Below, in pieces: positions 1-10,700 of a stretch of DNA of 64,000 nt (positions are counted from its first letter, which is position 1; each line of letters opens with the position of its first letter). Below the pieces are notes generated by a model. That model worked only from the letters and a program-made list of their open reading frames with translations. It was not told where the DNA came from and searched no databases. This DNA comes from Mobula birostris (lineage: Eukaryota), in the NCBI RefSeq assembly GCF_030028105.1, contig NC_092379.1, positions 26,467,821 to 26,531,820 of the forward strand. Reading direction: 5' to 3'. The position numbers and the translations under genes were made by a program.

Positions 1-1
1 G

Positions 2-304
2 CGGATCCATCCTACATTTCACGTCTCTCAGTTAAAACCAGATTCTGTCAGTACGTTGTGCCCTCCGACCTAAACCCCTCCACCCCCCTGTATCATCGAC
101 GACCATCTGGCGTACACCGTCCGGCGATTATTGGATGTCCGCCGTCGCAAAAGGGGTCTCCAGTACCTGGTTAATTTGGAAGGGTACGGCCCGGAAGAAC
201 GTTCCTGGATTCCCTGCTCCTACATTCTGGACCTTTCCCTCATCCGGGATTTCCATCGGGACAATCCACACAAAACTGGGGTATCACCAGGAGGTTCGCG
301 TTGA
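2..304 (+). pseudogene. Gypsy (Tf1/sushi chromovirus) pol C-terminus: integrase tail plus chromodomain, one in-frame stop
   Basis: Frame 2 reads [84 protein letters not shown]. FHVSxLKP and [16 protein letters not shown] are hallmark chromovirus motifs. Confidence 0.9.
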
Positions 305-315
305 GGGAGGGCTAC

Positions 316-714
316 TGTCATGGTTCCGTTTGGTTGTTCCCCTTTAACGCTCCTTCTGCCTGATTATGACCTAGTTTCAGAAATTAGATTTCCAATTGCT
401 GCTGGTTTACTTAATTACTGTACACCTGGTTTGCATCAGAGACTGTGAAATAAGTACGACGGCGTCACTGAACAGGTCGCCAGTTTGTTGGTCTATTCTT
501 CTGTAATACTGAGTTCTCTCGTCCGCTTAGATCCGTTACTTCTAAATTTAGCTCCAAGTTCTGCTCTAGTTTCAAGATAGTCCCTGTACATCCCCTCTCC
601 TTGTCAAGATTCCTCTGGTTTGCTGTTCTACTTTCACTTCTACGCCAGCATCCCCAACCTAGTCGACGTGTCGGTGCCCTGCACTTGGGTTCTCCTCGGT
701 CGCCCCGTGCAACA
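316..714 (+). mobile_element. 3' LTR of the chromovirus element (about 400 bp)
   Basis: Follows the purine tract GAGGGAGGG (303-311). Starts TGTCA and ends ...CTGCACTTGGGTTC...GCAACA, similar to the LTR 3' ends seen elsewhere in the window. Confidence 0.75.
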
Positions 715-2516
715 TAGATCGATGAATTTCATAACTCATGTCGAAATATTGATCGAGAATGTAGATCAAGTGTAGGCAGCACATTTAAGTGTCAACCATG
801 CTTCTCACACAATCCATCTAACTAATATTTGCATACATTGCATGAAAAATTGACTGTTTTATGTTCTAGACAACAATCCGGATCCTCCCTTCAGGATGAT
901 TTAATTGTACTGCTTGTGCGACCAGTGACAATATTCCCACGGTGTTAAAATCTCCCGCCATCAAATTTAGTCAAGTCCTCATGACGTTGTGATAATTGTC
1001 CAACCGTACATGCAAAGCACAAAATCCAACACAGGTGTAAAAGGCAGTGGCATAGCTCCTCAATGCGGAGATGACAGACTCCGTTCCACCAGTGCTATGT
1101 AGGCCATCCTATCTGGTGGTCTCATTCTTTGAGAACCCCGTATCTCCTCCTCTACTCCTTTATGTTCCGAAACTACTTTGGATAATTCTGGTCTACCTGC
1201 CGAGGCCTTCTCCGGTTTATGACTTGTGCCCTCCTGAAACTCCGAACCATTGGCTAAGCTCCGCTTCATCCCGTGCAGCTTCCCGCTGAAGCCGACTCTC
1301 CAGAGATAGCACCCCCCCCGCCCCTCCCGCCCCCACACTCCGAACTCACATCACACCGTGAGACCTATTGGGAATCTCTCCCTCAATCAGTGCGGAGTTA
1401 GCAGAAGAAAGTGTATTACAGCCCCACCCCGACACACTTACTCATCCTTCCAAACAGTATGCCATTCAGGGGCGGAGGCCAACCTATTCTCTCATGCTGT
1501 TGGTCATCCAGTTCATGAATGACAAATATGTTGAAGCTGAGCTCCAATATAAGTGCAACATAGGATTTTATATTCTTTCTTTCTTTCTTTCTTTAATAAA
1601 GGTTTACTTCACTTAACATTCATAACTTACTTCTTTATAACTATATTTCTTACCAACGAACGATTGCTGTTGACAGTATATCACACAATATGAACGAAAA
1701 TCAGGGTTTAGTTGGTGAGGAATCTGAACTTCATGGATTTGGTGGGACTACAGTCGTATCCACCATAGAAGTGCGAAGACTTCCATCTGTGTGTTTCTCC
1801 TGTCGCAACCCAGCGTCTGTCAACAGAGGCCAGCTAGCTACATGTTCAAAGACGTCAAATAGAAATGAGTTTAGTTATCAATCAATGACTGTTTTGCATT
1901 GGCCTGGTTTTATGTTCTTACTCAGCGTTATGACTTTTCTCTAATAAAAGTCAGAAAAATTATGAATACAGAAACAAACAATAAAAAAGTTCGGACCAGA
2001 TGAAGTCACAGGCAGGTGTTCAGCAGCTGCACAGACGAACATGTGAGGGAGCTATGTGTGCCTAGTCGTAAGTTACTTCGGACTGCAATTTCAAATTTAC
2101 GCCTTCGTTAGGAAGACCAGTAGCATCAAGGATAAAGTCGTATAGTGCGTCTGATGTGAAGCCTCGTGAAGTGATTCGAGAACGGGATGGTTTAGATAAA
2201 TATCAACAGCAGTCCGCCAGGCAGCCATCGGATTTATCAACGCTGAAACTGATCTACGGCAGATGGTCTCTCACTTGTCGTACTCTCATCACCAACAGTA
2301 CACATAGCAAAGCCTCGGAAGTTAGATTGTTGATTATAGTTTATACTTCAAAGTCGTAATATGAACACTGCCATCTGCTAGTTCCCAGAATTAAACTTCA
2401 AAGACCTGTAGCTTTCCTCCCAGCAACTGAACTGAAAAGAACAATCATTGAAGAATAGCCCAGAATACCTGAGACTGATCTTCACCACCGACGGTACGTA
2501 ATCGAAAATATGACAT

Positions 2517-2935
2517 CGACCATAGAAATTGACACACATTACAGGTCCTTCGGCCCACAATGTTGTGCCGAAGTGAAATCTACTCTACCACTGTAGCTGA
2601 AGTGCATTCCAGAACCCATCACTTTCTGTGGAAAAAAAAAAACTTATCTCTGACCTTCCATATTGTATCTACTCTGAAGCTTCTTAAAACTATCACCCTT
2701 GTGTTTGCAATTTCAGCTCTGAAAAAAATAAAACTATTGCTCTCCACACAATCAATACCTTTCATCATGTTATAACCCTCTATCTGATCACCTCTCACAC
2801 GTCCTCGCTCCAAGGAGAAAAATCCATATTCACACAACCTATTGTCATCAGATATGTTCTCAAATCCAGACCTCATCCTTGTAAATCTCCACTGCACTAT
2901 ATCTAAACTATCCACATCCTTCTATTAGTGATGTG
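2517..2935 (-). mobile_element. CR1 LINE 3' end fragment
   Basis: Minus ORF 2619-2915 (DSLDIVQWRFTRM..GFFSLERGRVRGDQIEGYNMMKGID) is the CR1 ORF2 C-terminus, followed by a CR1-type 3' tail. Confidence 0.8.
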
Positions 2936-2984
2936 CCTAGAACTGAATACATCGAGTATACTATGTCTATTATTATGTCTGACT

Positions 2985-3350
2985 TCACTCTTCCTTTCCG
3001 AGGCTCGGATCTGACCACAAGGTTATTGGACTGGCTGCTGGGTCAGCAATATCCAGAGGTATATACCGGTTGCTGAGGGGAATACTGATGGCGCGACCCT
3101 GCAATGTTTTTTCTCTGTTTATCTCTCTCTGTGTTGAGCCCTCTGTTCCCTGGATTCTGCAGTATGGCTGTAACCCCTCACTCATAATAATTATACATAA
3201 AATGCGTTACCTCCCGGATGATCCTTAGTTAATCTTAATCACGCTGCAGCTCCCAAATGCCAGCTTTCATGAGTTGGCTGCAATACCCGCAGGTGTATTA
3301 ACCAGGGGGACTCTCAGATTTCATGAATTCCCACATCCTACCCGGAAGCA
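2985..3350 (-). mobile_element. CR1 ORF1 fragment
   Basis: AISIPLSNRYIPLD resembles PVAIPISNKYTVLD in the other CR1 ORF1 copies (28642, 59505). Confidence 0.6.
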
Positions 3351-3419
3351 TTCTACTGGTATGGAGAGAGAGAGAGAGGGAAATTTCGAACAATAAATAG
3401 ATGCAAACAGAAACACGAG

Positions 3420-3900
3420 TATATCAGGAGTTTGAGGAGATGCGACCTGACATCTGAAACTTTGACAAATATCTATAGATATTCAGTGAGGAGTAAATTG
3501 ATTAGCTGCAACACAGCCTGGAATCGATACACCAATATCCTTGAAGGAGATCTGTAATAAATGCAGGTACGACCCAGTAAATAATGAGTGAAGTCCTCAG
3601 AACAATTGACTACTTCTACATGAAACGCTGTCGCAGGAAACAGAATTTGTCATCAAGGATATCCAGCACCTGGGACATGCTGTCTTATCTCTGATGCCAC
3701 AGGGAGGAAGGTATTGGTACCTCAGGGCTCGTCATACCAGACTGACAAATCTACTACCTAAAAGACAGCAGCTCCCGAAGAAAATGATAACTTCACCTAT
3801 CTCACTTCCTTCATCATTGAACTATTAACACAACAAATTGACTCACTTTCAAAAAATAACGCTTTCAAGTTCTCGATGTGCATTGCTTATTTATAATTAC
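3420..3900 (+). mobile_element. Rex1/Babar-like LINE 3' fragment, degenerate
   Basis: Recognisable fish Rex-type 3' sequence (CTACATGAAACGCTGTCGCAGGAAA...). A related piece lies at 36310-36520. Confidence 0.55.
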
Positions 3901-5419
3901 TTTTTTCCCCCTATTTTATATCTGCCGGTAATGTCTTCTGCCTCTGTCTGATTTTTATTCAGATCATTGCAGTTTAACGCATTGATTCAGCGGCCGGATG
4001 GTAAATGATAATGATGGTTGAAAGTCAAGACATTAATACCTAAAATTTATTAGATGAATGCCACATTTTTTGGATAATCTGTGCTCTTTGAAGAACTGAC
4101 CCTGCAGCTCTCATTGAGGGCTTTTCTTCCCTGAAGCTGCGTGGGATCGAAACTCGTACGGATAGCAAGGATAGGGAGGAAAATGTGATTGGCGAGGCAA
4201 AAGTCTCAACAGGTATGAGGCAGTTGAACGAATTCAAAAGATTTGACGTCTCACAGGTTGCTGTCGCTTCATTTTTTCTCGGAGCATCTTCATTCGCCCC
4301 AATATCATCTCTTTGTACTTCACCATTTCTATTTCATGTTGTGTGTTTATCAATTCTCGGCGAACGTCACCGTGTGTTTGATATAACACATTAAGGCTTT
4401 GGTTCCTTAATGCACCCAGAAAATTGTAAAGGAAGAAAAAAAAAATCAAATAGCTGTATTAAACTTGAAAGGAAGAGACTCACTCAGTAGGTAGAAATGC
4501 AATTGTTATCTGTGCAATGGACAGAAGAACTTCATGCCGGGCAGCAGTTACATGGATGCAGAATAACGTGAAGACAGTCAACTGAATCCAATTGAAAGAA
4601 AATTAAACCACCCATATCGGACAAATATTAAGTTAATTACAACAGCTCAAATGCTCCATAAGCGTTGCATTTTCATTCTCTAGACATGCACCGTATTTGC
4701 CAATTGATCTGCTGTTGTGACATCAGTTCTTTTGCCGTGAATAGATTTTGTTTCCATATCATCCAGGCAATCAGTTCAATCCTGAATCCATCGCAATAAA
4801 AAAAGGAGAACAAACTCTAAAATTCGACTGCTGCATCTCAGAAATTCCAGGACAGTTAGTTTAAAATATTCTGAGCGACAGCGAATAAAGCTTGTTTTTT
4901 TAAGATTACATCATTGACCATATTGAAGAATCTTTCAAGATTATAATACAAGCAGAATATAAACGGCTCTTAAAGCTGGCTGTTTATGTTGTCACAGTTT
5001 TTTGTGCCAGCTCCATCATACGTTTTTGGTGCGTGAAAAGAGACACTGCAGTAGTTCTCGATTTTTGAGTGCTTCCTCAGGCACCAGCACGGAGGCACGG
5101 AATTAATGCAAGTCATCCTGATTAAAGTAACATACTGGGAGACATTCACAACTCCCTTTGGTTGCCTTTTCAAGCACCTGTGCACCATGAAGGATCGTTT
5201 TCATTGTGTCTTTGCATAAAGAGTATGATGAAGGTAATCCCTAAAATGCTATATTCACTTAAGCGTGTGGGGAGTAGTGGTTCTTGCGTTAGAATTATGC
5301 CTAACAGTCTAAGTCACGGAACGATGAAAACCGTGAGCTATACTGAGTCCTCGAAATTCTATAGTCTCAACCATTACCATACCAGCACCATTGAAACAAA
5401 ATAAGTGATATCTTAAACC

Positions 5420-5640
5420 AACCTTCACCATCTGTAAGGGGTTCATACCACTAATCAAACAGAAAAAAAATACTTCGCACCTGTCATACTTGACATTTAC
5501 TTCAAATATCACTCTCTTGGTGATTCACTTGTCCATTCGCCTTTCCCCACTAATCCTCCTGCTGGCTATTTTAGTTGCTAGCGGAAACAACGCTACACAT
5601 GCCAATTTATTTCCACGTCGGCACCACACAGGACACAAAC
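5420..5640 (+). mobile_element. Penelope-like element fragment (region just upstream of the GIY-YIG domain)
   Basis: Degenerate DSLVHSxLP...C.R..CYTC coding sequence. A homologous piece lies at 38520-38750. Confidence 0.55.
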
Positions 5641-5829
5641 GAAAATGCCCTTCCAGATGAGATGGAATTGTACCAACAAATATGTCGGAGTCATTTCTTA
5701 AATGGAATGCGTGTGATGAGCGACTTTTGAATCAGCACGGCGATCGAGTTTGCTGAGGCGAGATCAGGTTTGGGTAAGGTAAATTGTCTTTTAAGGTACT
5801 CACTGACTGTAGTTTTTCAATCCACATCC

Positions 5830-7798
5830 ACTAGTGTATGAAGGATTAGAGAGGATGGCTCCAGGTGCAGTGATCTCTACGCTGTCTGGGATGTAGGACG
5901 TCTGACAGCCGTCTATGCAACAGATATGCACATCTGCACCACGTTCCGTGAATTGCAACTGTAGTAGAACGTATTAAGGAACTGGTGCTGTTGCTTGATC
6001 AGTCATATGGGGAAATGAGAAGGTGATCGGCAGGAGGTACAGAGATATAATAATACCTTGGCTCCAGGTGTCAAGTTAACCGGTAACTCTCAGAGGAAGG
6101 TGGGGAAATTCACAACCAGTCCCAAGTACACATTCCATATGGCTGTTCCCCTCCATAATAACTTTCATGGCGAAAACGTACTAGGGGACAGCCATTTTAA
6201 TAGAACTCTGGCACTGATTCTGTTGCTTGGCTCAGAAGTACAGCGAAATGAGTAGGACTGCATGGTTTCTACGAGACCGCTGATTGTGAGGAACAATGTG
6301 AGTGTGTGTGGACGCCATAGAAATTTCGGGACTATGTTATCTCCGTCGTGCCAGGGTCCGGAATGTCTCGTTTGGTGTCCTTAATTTGCTGAAGGGTAAC
6401 GGGCCGGATATCTTGTTGCATATTTGCAACAATGAAATAGCTGGACAAGTTGAGCAGATCCTGAAGAAAGAACTTCAGGGGCTAGGTATCATGCCGAGAA
6501 ACAGGAAATCTATGGTATTAGTCTTTGGATTGTTGCCCGTACCATATGCTATTGCGGGCGAGAATCGAGTCATTTGACAGGTGAAAGCGTTGCACCGGAA
6601 ATGGTGAATGGACAGTTGTTTAGATTTCTGTATGATTGGGATTCTTCTTTCAAATGTATGACCTATAGAAATGAGACGGGATGCAGCTGATTCCGAGGGG
6701 ATCCAACCCCTTGGCAGCATGTTCGCTGGAGGTATGTTGATTCGTTAAACTAACTTAGCAGGGCGGTATGAATCTCAGTCATAGGGTTAGAAATGAGGTA
6801 ATAAATTTGCAAACGAAGGCAATCTGTCTTCAGACCTCAAACACGAACGGGCTGAAGCTAGGAGCAAGCTTACGGTCAACAGGATATGACACAATGTATA
6901 AATTGGAAACATTTGAAAATGACTGAACATGCTTTATTTGAATGCACGCAGTAGACAAAATATGCAACTTGCAGCGCAGATTGGTATGCACGATGTTGTA
7001 GGCTTAATTTCCAAGAATACATATTGATTCGAAAAGTCAGACAGGAAGGGAAAGGGGTTGGCGTTGTTCCATGAGAGTATGCCTGCCCGTATACCGTTAG
7101 AGTACATTGTTGTTGACCTCTTAGGGGAACATCCTCTATGAGTTCAATGTTTTGGTTCGATACGGAATTCATTAGATTGTGTTCGGTGAAAGAAACATTA
7201 GGGACAAGTGATAGAGTTCACCTCGAATTTTGAGAAGAAGGAGCTAAAGTCAGGTGTATCATTATTTCAATGGAGCAAAGGGAATTAGAGAGGCATGAGA
7301 GAAGTGTGGGAGGAGTTGGACGGAATTGATTGGAAAATATCATTAGCAGGGATTAGAAAGGATAGAGGGAATGCCGCTCAGAAGGAAAAGTTGCTGCAGA
7401 GAAATAATGGAGCACAAGGAAATGGCGGGTGTATGTGAAAAAAAAAATCTTGCGTCAGTTTTCAATGGTCAAGACACTTGTAGTGTTGCGCAATTTCTCT
7501 TTTAGCGGGAATGAAGTGTATGAAGTTACAATTAATTGTAAGATTTTTTTTATGGAAAGTGGAAGTTCTGAAGGGAAATATATAACCTAGATCAAATGCT
7601 TTACGCACCAGACTTCAGAAATTGGTGGCTGAAGGGATGGCAGGGTGATTATTAATCATCTTTGAAGTATTACTACATTCTGCGTTGTTTCTGGAAGACA
7701 GCAACATTGAAACTGAAACTCCGTTTTGCAACAGCGGGAGAGGCAGATCAATGGGAATTATACGCCTGTTAGTTTGATTTCGGTGTTTAGGAAGATCA
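5830..7798 (+). mobile_element. Old CR1 LINE, 5' part (ORF1 SGNH region and start of ORF2), interrupted by the LTR array
   Basis: Degenerate ORF1 and APE sequence. The RT-region sequence (GNYTPVSL..GK) stops at 7798 and resumes at 13100. Confidence 0.75.
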
Positions 7799-10700
7799 TG
7801 TCATAAGGGGGCGGCTGGGTACAGATCAAAATGCAAGGTACAGACACTGAAGTACAAGGAACAGGACTAGGTAGTCAAGAAAGCAAGGGAAGTGGGGAAC
7901 AAAGGGTGCAGGACATGACACAGGCCCTGGACGAGACATGGATACAGGACCTCGGTTAGGACTTCACTGACATAGCGAAACCAGGACATGGAAATCGGAA
8001 CTTGGAGCCTGGGGTAGGACTCCGAGACAAACACTACACAGGGACCCAGAACCTGGATCTTGACAAGGGCTGGGAACTCGGAACTAGGCGAGGAGATGCC
8101 GAGGCTTGGATATGGATTCCGAGCCAGAGAGTGGGTAAGGACCCAGAACCTGGGACTTGACTCGGGCTCGGACTCCAGCAGTAGGCGAGGACAAGAGGTG
8201 GCTACAGGAAGAGTAGTAGAAACAGGACTGGACGTGAGACCCTTGACAGGACAAGGGAACCCTAGCACTAGGCTGGGCAAAGTATTTCTGGACTGTGCGA
8301 TACAAATGGACAAGACAAGAACAATAAGCCGAGGCTTGGACAGCAGAAGATCACTGGACGTGGCTAGGACTGGACGAGACCCAGAATTCTTGACTTGGTC
8401 GAGGCAGAGACAGGAACACAGATCCTTGTTCGAGGGAGAGACAGGAACGCAGAACCCTGGTCGAGGGAGAGACAGGAACGCCGAGTCTTGGTCGAGAGCG
8501 ACAAGAACAAGGAACACAGCGCCTGGTCCCACCCTTGGAAACAGAACGTAGGACGGAATTCATTGCAGAGAACGCAGAATGTGACAATACGATTCCCAAC
8601 AGAAGGTAGCGGCAGATGGTAGGACATTCCGAGCGAAGGCGTGTACACAGGGGGTTCACAGCATAGGTAGCGGCAAACGGTTGGACCTACCTTGCGAAGG
8701 CCTGGATATGGACGGTTCCGAACACCAGGTAATGGCAAACAACTGAATCGAACTAGCGAAGGCGAGGGCACAAAGACAGATGTAACACAGGGTAGCGGCA
8801 AACGGCCAGACATGCTTAGTGAAGACATGGTCACAGAGACAGTTCAAACCAACGATAGGCGGTTCCTTATTTTCCTCCGGTAATGGAACTTGACAGGGTT
8901 ACAGGCGTGACAATGTCTCAAGGGAGGCGAGGCAAGGCTTCGGACGAGACAAGGCGTGGCGAGGCAAGGCTTCAGACGAGGAAAGGTCAGGCAAGGCAAG
9001 GTAAGGGAAGGCTTCACATGAGGCAACAGAAAGCAGGGGCAGGGAATGTATTCCGATTCTGGTTATAGACAGGAATAATCCAGCAACCAGAGACTGAATC
9101 CGAAGCTATATATCAAGCCAGCACAAACGAGAATCTGCTGTCTCATCAGGAACTGGGGAAAACAGGAAAACCTGGAACAAAGAACATGGACCAAACAGTG
9201 AACAGGAATGCGGATTTCACGGACCTGACCATGACATTATCCCCCGCTTATGGAAGCCCCTTGGCGACCAAAAGTCTTCCCCAGACTATGGACGACACGG
9301 ACGGTCGTGGGCATTCAACTGGAGAGAACCAATGATAGCGAGAGTTAAATTACAGGGTCGGTGCCGCTGGGTCTAAGTCTGGCTGGACGGTTCTGTCATA
9401 TGTGTTCGGCTGGGAGCGGACTCAAATGCAAGACACAGATACTGAAATACAAGGAACAGACTAGGTAGTCAAGAAATCAAGGGAAGTGGGGAAAAAAGGA
9501 TGTTGGACATGGCACAGGCCTTCGACGAGACAAGGATACAGGGCCTGCGTTAGGACTTCACTTGGATAGTGGAACCAGAACATGGAACGTGGAATTAGGA
9601 GTCTGTGCTGGGCTTCCGAGCCAGAGACTAGTCGAAGACCCAGAACCTAAGGCTTGACTCGGTTTCGGACCCCGGAACTAGACGAGGAGATGACGAGGCT
9701 TGGGTTCTGCGAGGCTTGGGTCCTTTGAGGGTTGGATATTGGCTCCGAGCCGCAGACTGGGCAAGGAGCCAGAACCTCGAACTTGAAACGGGCTCGGACT
9801 CCAGCAGTAGACGAGGAAAAAACCTGGGTACAGGGGGATGAGTGGCAAAAGTACAGGACGTGAGATTCCTGGACAAGACAAGGTATCCTCAGCACAGGAC
9901 TAGGGAACCCCAGCATCAGGCTGGGCAGAGTACTCCTGGGCTGGACGAGACACATGGACAAGACGAGAACACAAAGCCGTGGCTTGGACAAAACAGGAGT
10001 CTTGGATGTGTCGCGGACTGGACGACACCCCGAAGTCTTGACTTGATTGAGGGAGAGTCGGAAACGCAGAGCCGTGGTCGAGAGAGAGACAGGAATGCAG
10101 TGCCTTGGTCGAGGGAGAGAAAGGAACGCAATCCCTTGATTGAGGGAGAGACAATAACACAGCGCCTTGATCGAGGGAGAGACAGAAAAGCAGAGCCTCG
10201 GTCCTGGGAGATAAATGTATGCAGAGCCTCACGCGAGGGAGAGACAAGGAAGCACAGCCTTTGTAGAACGACAGACAGGGACGCAGACCCTAGGTCGAGC
10301 GAGAGACAGGACATGGAACACAAAGCCGGGTCCCCACCTTCGAAACAGGACGTAGTGCTTGGATTCATACACAGTACACCGACCCAGGACGGCTCCTTGT
10401 GTAGACGACGTAAAGCAGGGATTCATTACATAGAACTCAGAATACGACAAGACGGTTCCCAACACAAGATAGCGGCAGACGGCCGAACCTACCTTGCAAA
10501 GGTGAGTACACAAAGACAGATCATAACACTAGGGTGCGGCAAGCAGCCAGACCTACCTAGTGAAGGCGTGGACACAGAGACAGTTCAAAACAACGACAGA
10601 CAGTTCTTTCTATTTTTCTAGCGATGGAACTTGATAGGGGTAAAGACGAGGCTTTAGGCGAGGCAGGCGAGTCAAGGCTTCAAACGAGGTGAGGCGGGCA

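Noticed and set aside
2156-2359. KYQQQ..KLIY resembling Ig light-chain FR2
   Set aside because: No Trp, no in-frame cysteines and no RSS.
4040-4730. TGTGACATCA decamer, a leader-like ORF and a CACAGAT motif suggesting a minus-strand V pseudogene
   Set aside because: No frame contains C..WYRQ..YYC at V spacing, and there is no nonamer.
4970-5060. GAGTK motif and GTTTTTGGT/CACTGCA resembling a J segment with RSS
   Set aside because: No FGxG, and the heptamer, spacer and orientation are inconsistent with a J segment.
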